64,000 bases of DNA. Source: a bacterium. Lineage in GTDB: Bacteria > RBG-13-61-14 > DATKZS01. The stretch is from positions 256,001 to 320,000 of the forward strand of contig CAXXFL010000001.1 in assembly GCA_963674965.2 (NCBI GenBank), written 5' to 3'. The notes beneath the pieces were generated by a model. The model was not told the origin of the DNA, searched no databases, and was given only the letters and a program-made list of their open reading frames with translations. Below, piece after piece: positions 9,473 through 18,913 of this stretch (its first letter is position 1; the number at the start of each line of letters is the position of its first letter). Both the position numbers and the translations under genes were made by a program.

Positions 9473-11110
9473 TTAATAGATTTTTACGAGAGACACTCCA
9501 TGCGATGGAACAATTGAGCTAAATTTGCCATTAAATGCTCCAATATTCTTTTGACGCCACAAGTCGCGCACAGTCTTTTCTCCATCGATACTCAGTTCTT
9601 TCCAGGATATTGATATTCTCATTTCTTCTTCTCCGAGATTGAATAAGCCGATAGACAATGAACCGTCTTCCATCGGCTTGGCCATAATGAGCTGGTTGTC
9701 GGCATGACGGATGATATGACCTTGCCGCCCTAACGGATCCTGATCGACATCAATGACTTCCGAGTTTGTAAGAATGTTCAAAGTAAACGGGTCGAGCTTT
9801 TCCATATCGCCGGAGAAAAATAGCGGAGCAGCCATTAATGCCCACATAGACATATAAGAATACTGCTCGTCTGGTGTCAGATTGGTTGGTTTCCCTTCGC
9901 CCATACCAACAAGTGCATCTCCCACCCAACCTATAAGCAGATAGTCGGGGTCGTTCCATGCTCCAGGTCCCGCATATTCGTGATATTTAGCATTTTCCAG
10001 ACCAATATAATAAAATCCCGGCAGTTCTTTTCCTTTTTTGAGCCCCAGATCTCCGGTAGTCCTCCAGCTATTCCCGCCAGTTCTGGCACCCCACTCCCAG
10101 ACATCTTTCATTCCGTACTGGCAGAGGTTATATACTATGTCGCGCTCCTGAGAAGCAAGCAGTCTCCCCATTTTTATATATGGTCTGGCATAGTCCTTTT
10201 TCCGAAAGCCCCTCGGCAGGTAGCTGCACCAGTCGTATTTCAGGAAATCAAAACCCCACTTAGCGAATTTTCTGGCATCTTCTTCCTCACGAGAATAGCT
10301 TCCGACATAATTGGCACAAGTCCATTTTCCAGGAGAAGTGTACAAACCGGCCCGTAGTCCATGCGAATGGATATGATCTACCATGCCTTTGATATCAGGA
10401 AACTTATCATTGGGCAGTATGGCTCCGTCTTTATCGCGGTACGGAGCGTCTCCTCTTTTTTTCATCCAACAGTCGTCTATATTCACGTACATGTAACCGG
10501 CATCGGCCATTCCCGACTCTATCATTGCATCCGCGGCATTCCGCATGTGTTGTTCTGTAACGCGATTGTAGTGTATGTACCACGAGTTCCAGCCCATTGG
10601 AGGCGTAAGAGCCAGTGTGTCGCCTACAATAAGGCAGAATGCGCGTTTGTATGTTCCGTGCCCGTTTTCCGCCACGAACTCAATTTCATAGTCCTTAGAT
10701 TCACCAGGGACACTCCCGGTAATGATCCCTGTAGACCCATTCAAAGACATTCCGGCAGGTAGTCCTGCAGCACTGAAAACTATTGGGCGCTCACCCGTGC
10801 AGGGAATTCTGTAGATGAATGGGCTTTTTGGTCTTGCTCCAAACACTTTAGGCCCGTTGATACGCGGCTCTGGTCCTGGCTCCGGGGTTAGTATATATCT
10901 TTCATACCCGGATGATTCCTGCCGCATTCCCTCATCAGAAGAATTCACTGAATACACTGAGGTGGATAAAAAGCCTGCTGTTAAGATTATTAAAAATGCA
11001 TTGATAATCTTGCTTTTGTTAAGGCTGGTCGAGCAGTGTTTTGGAAAGTTTTTCATCGAACAGAGTCTCACTTTGCTAAAGATTTTATCAAACAGAAAAG
11101 TCGAGAACAC
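9473..11110 (-). CDS. GH27 alpha-galactosidase with N-terminal Ig-like domain (true start may be 11056)
   Basis: LTPPMGWNSW, NIDDCW, FLKYDWC (nucleophile), SWRTTGD (acid/base), WNDPDYL; lower GC. Confidence 0.93.
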   Translation of the reverse strand: MFSTFLFDKIFSKVRLCSMKNFPKHCSTSLNKSKIINAFLIILTAGFLSTSVYSVNSSDEGMRQESSGYERYILTPEPGPEPRINGPKVFGARPKSPFIYRIPCTGERPIVFSAAGLPAGMSLNGSTGIITGSVPGESKDYEIEFVAENGHGTYKRAFCLIVGDTLALTPPMGWNSWYIHYNRVTEQHMRNAADAMIESGMADAGYMYVNIDDCWMKKRGDAPYRDKDGAILPNDKFPDIKGMVDHIHSHGLRAGLYTSPGKWTCANYVGSYSREEEDARKFAKWGFDFLKYDWCSYLPRGFRKKDYARPYIKMGRLLASQERDIVYNLCQYGMKDVWEWGARTGGNSWRTTGDLGLKKGKELPGFYYIGLENAKYHEYAGPGAWNDPDYLLIGWVGDALVGMGEGKPTNLTPDEQYSYMSMWALMAAPLFFSGDMEKLDPFTLNILTNSEVIDVDQDPLGRQGHIIRHADNQLIMAKPMEDGSLSIGLFNLGEEEMRISISWKELSIDGEKTVRDLWRQKNIGAFNGKFSSIVPSHGVSLVKIY

Positions 11111-11327
11111 CAGTCAGCCAACCAGTTCCTTTTCAATTTCTTCGAGACTTTTCCCCTTCGTTTCGGGTAGTCGTTTCCATATGAACAGGAAACCAAGCAC
11201 GCAGATAATAGTATTGGCCTTCCCCCAAAAACCGGTCCAAGCTTAAAGTTATGCTTTATACTAGATTATTTGGGTAATGATTGCAAGGAGCAGGTCATAA
11301 GATCTGTGGACACAATACATAACTCAC

Positions 11328-11993
11328 CACTGCTGTCCAAAATAATCGATTATCCTCTTCCGCGTTCAGCAAAATTAGTAGTTTAAGCCGCTCGGTTCCT
11401 TCTCCGCTAAACCAGGTCTCCCCTCCACAATACTCCTAGGACAGGTCCAGTTCGAGTTGCAGCGGTCCCGGCCCGGTTATTGGCGTTTGGAACGGGTCGT
11501 TGAGCCAGGCGAACAGATCCCTGTAGGTGAGCAAATTCATCCGCACCATGGCCGCCAAGTTGGACAGGCTCCAGCCGAAGCTCGCCTTGAGTTGCATGAA
11601 CTTCAGGAGCAGTATGGCGATCAAAGCTGTCCAAATCTGGGTCTTGTCCGCGTTGGGCGTGGTTCCCAGAAAGGTCTTGATCTTCAGGTTCTGCTTGAGC
11701 GCCTTGAAGAACAGCTCGATCTGCCACCGGTCCTTGTAAACCGCTCCGATAGTGGCCGCGGGCAGGTCCGTGTTGTTGGTGATGAAGGCGATGTTCCGTC
11801 CCGTTTCGGGGTCCTGGACGACCACGCGCCGCAAGAGGGTGGGGTACTTCTCCCCGCCCGGGCCGATGAGCCGGATCATGCAGTCCAAGATAACGCCGTC
11901 CGAGCAGGGCAGATAGTACTCGATGTCGAAGAGGATGTTGGACTTGGTCCGGGTCACGAAGAACACGCCCTCGGAGTGGAGCCGGGCCAGCCA
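11328..11993 (-). mobile_element. IS4-family element remnant (3' part of DDE transposase plus likely right end)
   Basis: GVFFVTRTKSN and the YREK-type motif YKDRWQIELFFKALKQ; stop at 11436; putative terminus CACTGCTGTCCAAAATAA at 11328-11345; N-terminal part missing. Confidence 0.85.
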
Positions 11994-11995
11994 TG

Positions 11996-12105
11996 GGCAC
12001 AAGGGGAAAATGCAAGAAGGGGCCGATCACATCGAGGGCGGTGGACCTGGTTGTGAAAAGGAATAGCAAACAGGCGGGCATCGAGAAGAGAGTCACGAGC
12101 CACAA
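11996..12105 (+). pseudogene. Tyrosine recombinase/integrase internal fragment
   Basis: GPITSRAVDLVVKRNSKQAGIEKRVTSH resembles the helix leading into the HxxRH box II, which is cut off. Confidence 0.6.
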
Positions 12106-12433
12106 CTCCCTAAACATGCCATGCTTCAATCCCATGTTGGAATTCACCAAAGACGACATTCTCACTTTGATCAAGTCAAGATATGGACTATCTCTGAATC
12201 CGGTGTATAAACACATGGACAGGACGTATTGCTTATGCTGTTACACCTCAGACTCAAAAAGACAAGCCTACAACTCGGAGGATTTTCCCGAGGAATGTGA
12301 AAAGTATTATGGGCAAATAGAGAAAATGCTTTTTGATAGCGGCCTTCTTGATAGAGTTCCTCAAGCACCTGAACGCAAGACACGAACTGAGAAGTTGGAC
12401 ACTGCATTAAGAAGAAGTCCGGAAGCGCTCTAA
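12106..12433 (+). pseudogene. PAPS-reductase-family C-terminal fragment
   Basis: FNPMLEFTKDDILTLIKSRYGLSLNPVYKHMDRTYCLCC matches the P..wt..D.....L..NP.Y...R.GC..C pattern. Confidence 0.55.
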
Positions 12434-12453
12434 TTGATCTCAGGCTCAAAGAA

Positions 12454-13077
12454 GTGATGGCCGAGATAGCTCCGATCTCCCGGACCGTCCACCGCACCCT
12501 TAAACACTGCATCGCCTTTAAGAAAGGGCCGACTCGCCAGCTATTCCTCCGCTATCACCCCGAGAGCAAGACCGTGGGCTTGGCAATGATGCCCGGCGAC
12601 ACTATGGTTCAAGCCAGGGAATTGTATCCCAGCGTCAACCTAGATCAATTCCTCGCTTTAACCCGCAAGGGATGGGACATCCAAGCCAACATGCACTTCA
12701 GCCACATCCAGCGGCACTACTACTGGGGAAAAGCTAAAATTGATTTAAAAAGGTACATGACCTATTGGCAGGAGCATTGGAAAGAAATCGTCCAGGTGGA
12801 CCGGGACGTAAATAGAAATTTTGCCCCCTACTTCGACCAGCTTCTCTCACTCAAGATGATTGACCACGAAGACCTCAAGGAACTCGACCGCATTTTCACT
12901 CAGAAAAACCGCAACCATATACGCCCCTGTCCCGGCATTGACATGGAGTACACCTGGAGCTTGGAGGAAGCCGCCCGCTTAGACGAAAAAGGTGAACTTG
13001 CTTCTCTGGCCAAGGAAAAAATCATGGAGGCACTTTCAACCTGGGGCCAGCCCTTTAAACCCGACGTTAGAGACTAG
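12454..13077 (+). CDS. Hypothetical protein, probably N-terminally truncated
   Basis: 207-aa ORF with protein-like composition; no clear RBS; lies in the fragment mosaic. Confidence 0.5.
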   Translation: MMAEIAPISRTVHRTLKHCIAFKKGPTRQLFLRYHPESKTVGLAMMPGDTMVQARELYPSVNLDQFLALTRKGWDIQANMHFSHIQRHYYWGKAKIDLKRYMTYWQEHWKEIVQVDRDVNRNFAPYFDQLLSLKMIDHEDLKELDRIFTQKNRNHIRPCPGIDMEYTWSLEEAARLDEKGELASLAKEKIMEALSTWGQPFKPDVRD

Positions 13078-13458
13078 CAAATACATAGGGCAACGGATTA
13101 AAAGTCCAGTAGGCTACCTGGCTTTGATGGACGGCGAGGTGAGGTCTGGCATACATTATTGACCTTGGATTGATGTCTCTATGGTCGAGCAGATCACCGC
13201 TCCTAAAGGAGAAGGCTTTCCTCGCCGCAAATGGTCCTCGTGGTATGCGGTTTTACTTTGATAAGGCGCGAAATAGTTCAGTCTATGCATTGGCTTCTAC
13301 CTCTCAACGTTGGAACTATAGTTCTTTCTTGGCCTACTATCAATTCATTATTCATTTTTCCTTATCAACGGTTTAATCGATGAGGGAGTCTTGTGATGGA
13401 ACAGGGCTAAGGCCTTCAGGGGGGCATCAATGATCTTAGAGGGGAAACCGAAAATAGA

Positions 13459-13545
13459 TTAAACCATCCCATCATCCTCATAAGCCTTCTTGATGTCATA
13501 GAAATGCTGCCTGCTCACACCGTTGATCCGGCAAGCAGCGCTACG
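13459..13545 (-). pseudogene. IS481-family transposase N-terminal HTH fragment
   Basis: SAACRINGVSRQHFYDIKKAYEDDG resembles the IS481-type VSqAC..mG.SR..FY..k..Ye.gG HTH. Confidence 0.65.
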
Positions 13546-13547
13546 TG

Positions 13548-13670
13548 ACGTATCCGGTGGTTTTCGCGCTGGCTTCTTTAGTTCCTTATCGGCTTTTCGG
13601 GTCCCGCGGTCACTATTGTTTACCTTTTCTGTGTTCCCTGTTACTGCTCGCGGCGGTTTGGCGTACGTCC
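13548..13670 (+). pseudogene. Fragment of a polytopic membrane (glycosyltransferase-like) protein
   Basis: Startless frame reading TYPVVFALASLVPYRLFGSRGHYCLPFLCSLLLLAAVWR. Confidence 0.35.
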
Positions 13671-13672
13671 GG

Positions 13673-13843
13673 GGCTGGGTCGCCCATGCATCATGCATGG
13701 GCGGCGTAAGCCGCGGGCTGATTTTCTACCGCTATCGGGACCCTCCAATCGCCAGCCGGAAAGCGCCTCCAAGCGCCCTCGGCCCCGAAGACTGAAGCCC
13801 GTTCGCTTCGCTAACCCACGCGATATGCGTGGGCGACCCCGCC
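13673..13843. repeat. REPIN-like inverted doublet of hairpins
   Basis: GGGTCGCCCATGCA (13677-13690) and TGCGTGGGCGACCC (13826-13839) are 13/14 inverted matches; each arm carries its own hairpin. Confidence 0.65.
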
Positions 13844-13923
13844 ATATAGCGGAGGTATATGTGTTACCTATAATTCAAGACTCGTCCCGCGGGTTACCCG
13901 TTGCATCGCCCGCCGGCGAAAGC

Positions 13924-15480
13924 CTAGAACTCCTCCGACCGGGATTCACCCTCCCGGCTGACGCGGACCCCCGCGGGGCCCTCGACCGGGCAGACGTGCT
14001 CGCAAGTACCGCAGCCTATGCATAAGTGGTCCAGGACGTAGGGCCGCTCGATTTCCATCTCGGTCCCGTCCGGGCCCTTTATTGTCTCGCTTTTAAGCTG
14101 GATGGCCTTGTCCGGGAGCGGACACATCTCCTCGCACACGAAGCAGGGTATGCCCCGGGCGTAAGGCACGCAGATGGACGGATCGAAGGCGGCCCGGCCG
14201 ATGACCACGAGCTTTTTTTCCGGTCCGGCCAGTCTCGTTATGGCCCCGGTGGGACAGACCTGGCCGCAAAGGGTGCAGTTATACTCGCAGTAGCCGATAC
14301 GGGGAACGACCGCGGGCGTGAAGACCCCCTCCAGCCCGGCCTGGAAAACCGAGGGCTGGAGGGCGTTCTTGATGCAGACCTTCATGCACTCGCCGCAGCG
14401 CAGGCACCTGGCCAGGAACTCCTTTTCCGGCAGCGAGCCCGGCGGCCTGATAAGGAGGTGGCTCGTCCCGGACGAGGCGGCGCTGACCGCGGGCAGGGCG
14501 GGCAGGACGGCCCCCGCCGCGAGGGACCCCACGAAGCCCCGCCGGGAAATCCCGAGGGGAGCGGGCTTTGGCTTCACCCGCTTGAACTTGAAGCCGATAA
14601 TCTTTTTGTCGCACTCGTCCACGCAGTCGAGACAGAGGTTGCAGGCCTCCGGGGATATGCGGCCCTCATCGTCGATGGCGCCCATGCGGCAGACCTCGGC
14701 GCATTTCATGCACTTCTTGTCGCAGGCCTTGCCCGGATACCACTTAAGGAGTCCGAACCTGGCCACTAATCCCAGCATGGCCCCCAGCGGGCAAAGGTTC
14801 CGGCACCAGAACCTCCTCTCGATCCGCTCGAGGGCGAAAACCACGATCAGTATCAGCCCGGCCGTAACTCCGAGATGAAAGACCCCTCCCTTGTAAGGCA
14901 GCAGGGTATTGACGAGCGCTTTGTAAACGGGCTCGCTGATATCCGTCAACCAGCCGGGACCGCCTTTGTAAAGGGCCTCGAAAATCGAGGTGACCGAGTG
15001 ATGAAGCGCCGGGTCGGCGGTCAGGGCCAGTCCCCGCGTCAAAATGGAAAAGGGGTCCAGATAGCCCACGAGTTGGAGCCCGAAAAGGGCGGACGTGAGG
15101 ACGATGGCCAGGAGGTAATACTTGAGCGTCCGGTAGCGGCCGGCCGGTCCGGTCTTCCTTGCCGGAATGACCTTGCGCGCCCCGTCCAAAAGGGTACCCA
15201 TGGGGCATACCCAGCCGCAAAAGAACCTGCCCAGGACGACGGTGGCCAGGACCAGGGCCAGGGCCGGAAGCATGAGACCGATAATAGTCTTGCCCGCCAG
15301 GATGGACGCCGCGGCGGCCAGGGGATCGAAGCGGAAGAAGACGTTGACGGCGTAGGGGATTTCATCGGTCCCCCCGTAGTCGGTCTTCCTGAACAGGAAG
15401 AGGAACAGGGCCAGGAATAGTATCTGAACCAGCCGTCTCCAGAAGTTGGCCTTGATTTTCCTCGGGGCCTCGTCCGCCAT
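13924..15480 (-). CDS. Membrane polyferredoxin (NapH/MauN-like plus MauM-like 4Fe-4S domains)
   Basis: GRFFCGWVCPMG, RFWCRNLCPLG, several CxxCxxCxxxCP clusters, IRPPG; TM helices. Confidence 0.92.
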   Translation of the reverse strand: MADEAPRKIKANFWRRLVQILFLALFLFLFRKTDYGGTDEIPYAVNVFFRFDPLAAAASILAGKTIIGLMLPALALVLATVVLGRFFCGWVCPMGTLLDGARKVIPARKTGPAGRYRTLKYYLLAIVLTSALFGLQLVGYLDPFSILTRGLALTADPALHHSVTSIFEALYKGGPGWLTDISEPVYKALVNTLLPYKGGVFHLGVTAGLILIVVFALERIERRFWCRNLCPLGAMLGLVARFGLLKWYPGKACDKKCMKCAEVCRMGAIDDEGRISPEACNLCLDCVDECDKKIIGFKFKRVKPKPAPLGISRRGFVGSLAAGAVLPALPAVSAASSGTSHLLIRPPGSLPEKEFLARCLRCGECMKVCIKNALQPSVFQAGLEGVFTPAVVPRIGYCEYNCTLCGQVCPTGAITRLAGPEKKLVVIGRAAFDPSICVPYARGIPCFVCEEMCPLPDKAIQLKSETIKGPDGTEMEIERPYVLDHLCIGCGTCEHVCPVEGPAGVRVSREGESRSEEF

Positions 15481-15574
15481 AAAGATGCTTCCCCCTCGAG
15501 CGCGGTTTTTTATCTTGAGAGACCGCCGCCTGTGGCCTCCAAAAAAGGAAGCCCATCGGCGGGCGGTTTCAAAT

Positions 15575-16471
15575 TCAGGCCTTGATTATCTGGACCTTGT
15601 CCAGGTCCATGGTCCCCAGTCCGCTTTGGGCGGCGATCTTGATGTAGCCCACCTCGGCGGGATCGATACCGAAGAGGTTTTTCGCCGCGTAGGCGTCCAC
15701 CGCCACCTGGTCCGCGGAGGCGATGACGGTGTTTTTTATCTCCACGTCCTTTAAGTCTCCGCCGGAGGGACCGTCGCGCAGAAGAATCCTGGTGGCGTCC
15801 ATTACGGTCAGCTTGGGCCTGGCCATGGTGTTGAGGTCCACGATGCCCTGGTCCAGGTTCCAGTGTATCTTGCCCCGGTTGCCGCCGATAACCCCGAGCA
15901 CGTTCTTCAGTCCCAGCGACAGTTTGGCCGACTTATGATGCTTGGCCACGGGCATATTGATATACACGTCCGCCTCGAGTACCTCCTTGTAAAACTGCCA
16001 TTTCTTGAAGACCACGCCCCACTCGATGGTCCTGGTCACGAACTTCTTGTCGTCGGCCACCTCGACGTAGGCCCGCTTGTCGCCGAGGGACTGGACCGCT
16101 GCCTCGATGCCGCTGTTGGTCCAGCATCTCCTCTCCTCCGCCAGGGTCCGGTCGTATACCATGACCTTGGCCGCGCCCGCCTCGAGGCATTGCCTGACCA
16201 CTGACTTGACCACCTCGGGATGGGTGTTGGCGCCCTGCTCCGGCGACCGGTCGAAGGAGGCGTTGGGCTTTACAAGCACCGTCTGTCCCTCCTTGACAAA
16301 AGCCCCCATACCGCCCAGCTTGGCCATGGCCCGGTCGGCCAGGGTCGTCCAGTCCTCGCCTTCGGCCACCGCCATCACCGGCTGGGCCTGGGCCTTTCCT
16401 CTAAGAGGGACCGCAGCAGCGGCCACGCCCGAGATGGCGGCCGCGTCCCGAATAAACCTTCGCCTGTCCAT
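15575..16471 (-). CDS. DUF362 domain protein with Tat signal
   Basis: MDRRRFIR twin-arginine signal; VLVKPN, TNP-like NTHPEV, PVAKHH, LGLKN; AAGGAGG RBS. Confidence 0.9.
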   Translation of the reverse strand: MDRRRFIRDAAAISGVAAAAVPLRGKAQAQPVMAVAEGEDWTTLADRAMAKLGGMGAFVKEGQTVLVKPNASFDRSPEQGANTHPEVVKSVVRQCLEAGAAKVMVYDRTLAEERRCWTNSGIEAAVQSLGDKRAYVEVADDKKFVTRTIEWGVVFKKWQFYKEVLEADVYINMPVAKHHKSAKLSLGLKNVLGVIGGNRGKIHWNLDQGIVDLNTMARPKLTVMDATRILLRDGPSGGDLKDVEIKNTVIASADQVAVDAYAAKNLFGIDPAEVGYIKIAAQSGLGTMDLDKVQIIKA

Positions 16472-16590
16472 GTTGCGTACCTCCTTGTCGCGATAAGAAC
16501 GATTATAGCCGATGACGCCGGGAGTTCCCGCCGGCAAAATCCTTGGAGGTCGAAAAGGGGCTTACCCGGGTCCTCGGGAAAATCCGTCCG

Positions 16591-18018
16591 CTAGAGCGCA
16601 CACCCTCCCAGCCAGCCGGCCGGGTCGCGGGGGGTCTGGTGGTGGCGGACCTCGAAATAAAGCGACGCGCCGGAAATCGAGCCCGTGTCGCCCACCGTGC
16701 CGATCACGTCGCCCTTGTTTACCCTCGAGCCCACGCCGGCGGCAATGGTATTGAGATGGGCGTAGACCGTGTACCAGCCCTCCCCGTGGTCGATGATTAT
16801 AAGGTTGCCGTAGCCCCGGAACCACTTGGCGTAGCGCACGATGCCCGGGTGAACGGCCTTGACCGGGGCCCCGAGGGGGGCGCCGATCTCGACGCCGTTT
16901 TGCATGGTGACGGTGTTGAACTCGGGATGGACCTTTTTACCGAACCTCGAGGTGACCGGGCCCGAGGCCGGATAACACAAGGAACCGCGCATGGAGCCCA
17001 GGCCGCTGCCCACGAAAGGCTCGAGGCTCACGCTCTCGCTCAGGTCCCGCGAGGTCTCGACGCTCTCCGACGGTGAAGACTCGGCCGGCTCGTCTTCCTC
17101 CCCGGCGCCCTCGGCCGCGTCCCCGACGGGGGCCTCGGCGGCCTCGAGCCGGGCCCTTTCCGCGGCCGCCCGCCTCTCGGCCTCCTCCCGAGCCGCGCGG
17201 TCCAGTTCAGCGATAATCCCGCTCAGCCTCGACTCGCTCGCCTTCATCTCGGCCAGGGCCTGCTCGTGGGCCTCCCGCTCCTCCCGTATGGCCCGGAGCA
17301 TGCGGTCGAGCTCGACCTTCTCGGACTCCATTTCCTCGCGCTGCATGGCCAGGACCGACTCAAGTTCATCGAGGTCTTTTTGCTTGGCCGCCAGGTTGTC
17401 CCGCGCTCCCCTCCACTCGGCCAGAAGAAGGCGGTAGTCGTCGATCTTCTTTTTATCGGACCTGTAAAGAGAGTCGATATAAGCCCTGCGGCGGGAAAGC
17501 TCGGACATGCCCCCCGCCTCGATCCACAGCCTCCACTCGCCCTTCCTCCCGAAAATATAGCGGGCCTTGAGCCGCCGGGACATGACCCGCCTCTTCTCGA
17601 GCAGGGAAAGCTCGAGGTCGTCCATGGCCGCCTTCAGTTCCTCCGACTCCCGGGAAATCACCTCGCTCTCCGCCTCGAGCTTTTTCGTCCGGGCCTCGGA
17701 CCGCTTGATCTGGTCCTTTAAAGCCGCCAACTTGCCGAAGAGGTTGCCCTCCTTCTTCAGCGCGCGGGAGAGGGAGCGCTTTTCCTCCTTCATCTTCTCG
17801 CGAAGGTCCTTAAGGTTTTGGTCCGCCTCCTCCCTCTCCGACGAGGAGCTAAAAGACGTTCCCTCCTCCAGGACCTCCGAGGCCGACGCGACCGCCGATC
17901 CAATTAAACGAACCGGAGAGGCGCTGGTGGAAAAGGACGCGGCGAACAAGGCGGCGCCGAGCAGCAAGGCCCGCCCTCTTTGGGCCGTCCGGCTTTCCCG
18001 GTCTCTTGCGCGAGTCAC
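16591..18018 (-). CDS. envC: Murein hydrolase activator EnvC (coiled coil plus degenerate M23/LytM)
   Basis: Long coiled coil; M23 domain with degenerate Zn ligands (QNGVE, LYFEVR); downstream of ftsEX. Confidence 0.85.
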   Translation of the reverse strand: MTRARDRESRTAQRGRALLLGAALFAASFSTSASPVRLIGSAVASASEVLEEGTSFSSSSEREEADQNLKDLREKMKEEKRSLSRALKKEGNLFGKLAALKDQIKRSEARTKKLEAESEVISRESEELKAAMDDLELSLLEKRRVMSRRLKARYIFGRKGEWRLWIEAGGMSELSRRRAYIDSLYRSDKKKIDDYRLLLAEWRGARDNLAAKQKDLDELESVLAMQREEMESEKVELDRMLRAIREEREAHEQALAEMKASESRLSGIIAELDRAAREEAERRAAAERARLEAAEAPVGDAAEGAGEEDEPAESSPSESVETSRDLSESVSLEPFVGSGLGSMRGSLCYPASGPVTSRFGKKVHPEFNTVTMQNGVEIGAPLGAPVKAVHPGIVRYAKWFRGYGNLIIIDHGEGWYTVYAHLNTIAAGVGSRVNKGDVIGTVGDTGSISGASLYFEVRHHQTPRDPAGWLGGCAL

Positions 18019-18022
18019 GGCG

Positions 18023-18913
18023 TCATTCCTCCGCGAAGTCCTTGAAGCGCGTGAGGCTTCCCGCGGCCCCGAGGATAGACCCGCCCGCCACGATGGCGGC
18101 CATGGCCGAGCCGTCCAGGAAACGGGGCGTGAAGGTGGCCAACAGGCCGGGCAAGGCTATCTCGCTCAACGCGGCGGCGTAAAGGGCCCAAAGGGCCGCC
18201 ACGCCGAGGGACGATGCCGCCGCCCCCTGCAGGGTCCCCTCCAGTAAAAAGGGCGCCCGGATCATGGCGTCCGAGGCCCCCACCAGCTTCATGATGCCGA
18301 TCTCCTCCTTGCGGGAGTACATGGTCAGGCGGACCGTATTCGAGATGATGAACACCACGGCCACCACGATCAGGCCGCCCACCATGAGCACGGCGCCCTG
18401 TATGAGACGGACGGCGGAGGAAAAGCTCTCGAGCAGGGGCGCGCCGTAGTCAACCTCGGCCACGCCCTCCCAGCGGCCCAGGCGGCCGGCCAGGCCCTCG
18501 ACCTCATCGAGGGAGCGGAACTCCCTTTTGAGCTTGATCACGAAGCTCGAGGGCAGAGGGTTCTCGTCAAGGCCCTCGATCAGGTCCGACTCGTCGCCCA
18601 GCATGGCCTTGAAATCCTCGAGCGCCCGGTCCTTGCCTATGTACTCGACGCTATCGATCTCGGGAAGAGCGCGAAGGCGGGCGTGCATCTTCTGGGCCTC
18701 GGGCTCAGACGTGCCATCGGCGAGATACAGACAGACCTCGATCTTTTCCTCCCAGTGCGAGGCCAGGGCCCGAAGGTTGGTGGCGATCAGGACGAACACC
18801 CCCAGGGTAAGGAAGGCCGCCGCGATGATGGCCAGGGCCACGAGATGGACGGGGGCGTTCCCGCGAAGGTCCGACGCCGCCAGCTTGAGAAGGAACTTGA
18901 CTTTGCGAATCAC
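18023..18913 (-). CDS. ftsX: Cell division permease FtsX
   Basis: ENPLPSS, ISNTVRLTMYSRKEEIGIMKLVGAS...PFLLEG; overlaps the ftsE stop. Confidence 0.95.
   Translation of the reverse strand: MIRKVKFLLKLAASDLRGNAPVHLVALAIIAAAFLTLGVFVLIATNLRALASHWEEKIEVCLYLADGTSEPEAQKMHARLRALPEIDSVEYIGKDRALEDFKAMLGDESDLIEGLDENPLPSSFVIKLKREFRSLDEVEGLAGRLGRWEGVAEVDYGAPLLESFSSAVRLIQGAVLMVGGLIVVAVVFIISNTVRLTMYSRKEEIGIMKLVGASDAMIRAPFLLEGTLQGAAASSLGVAALWALYAAALSEIALPGLLATFTPRFLDGSAMAAIVAGGSILGAAGSLTRFKDFAEE

Noticed and set aside
13080..13460. AT-rich stretch with short ORFs on both strands
   Set aside because: Interrupted by stops and no recognisable motif; probably decayed DNA, cannot be called
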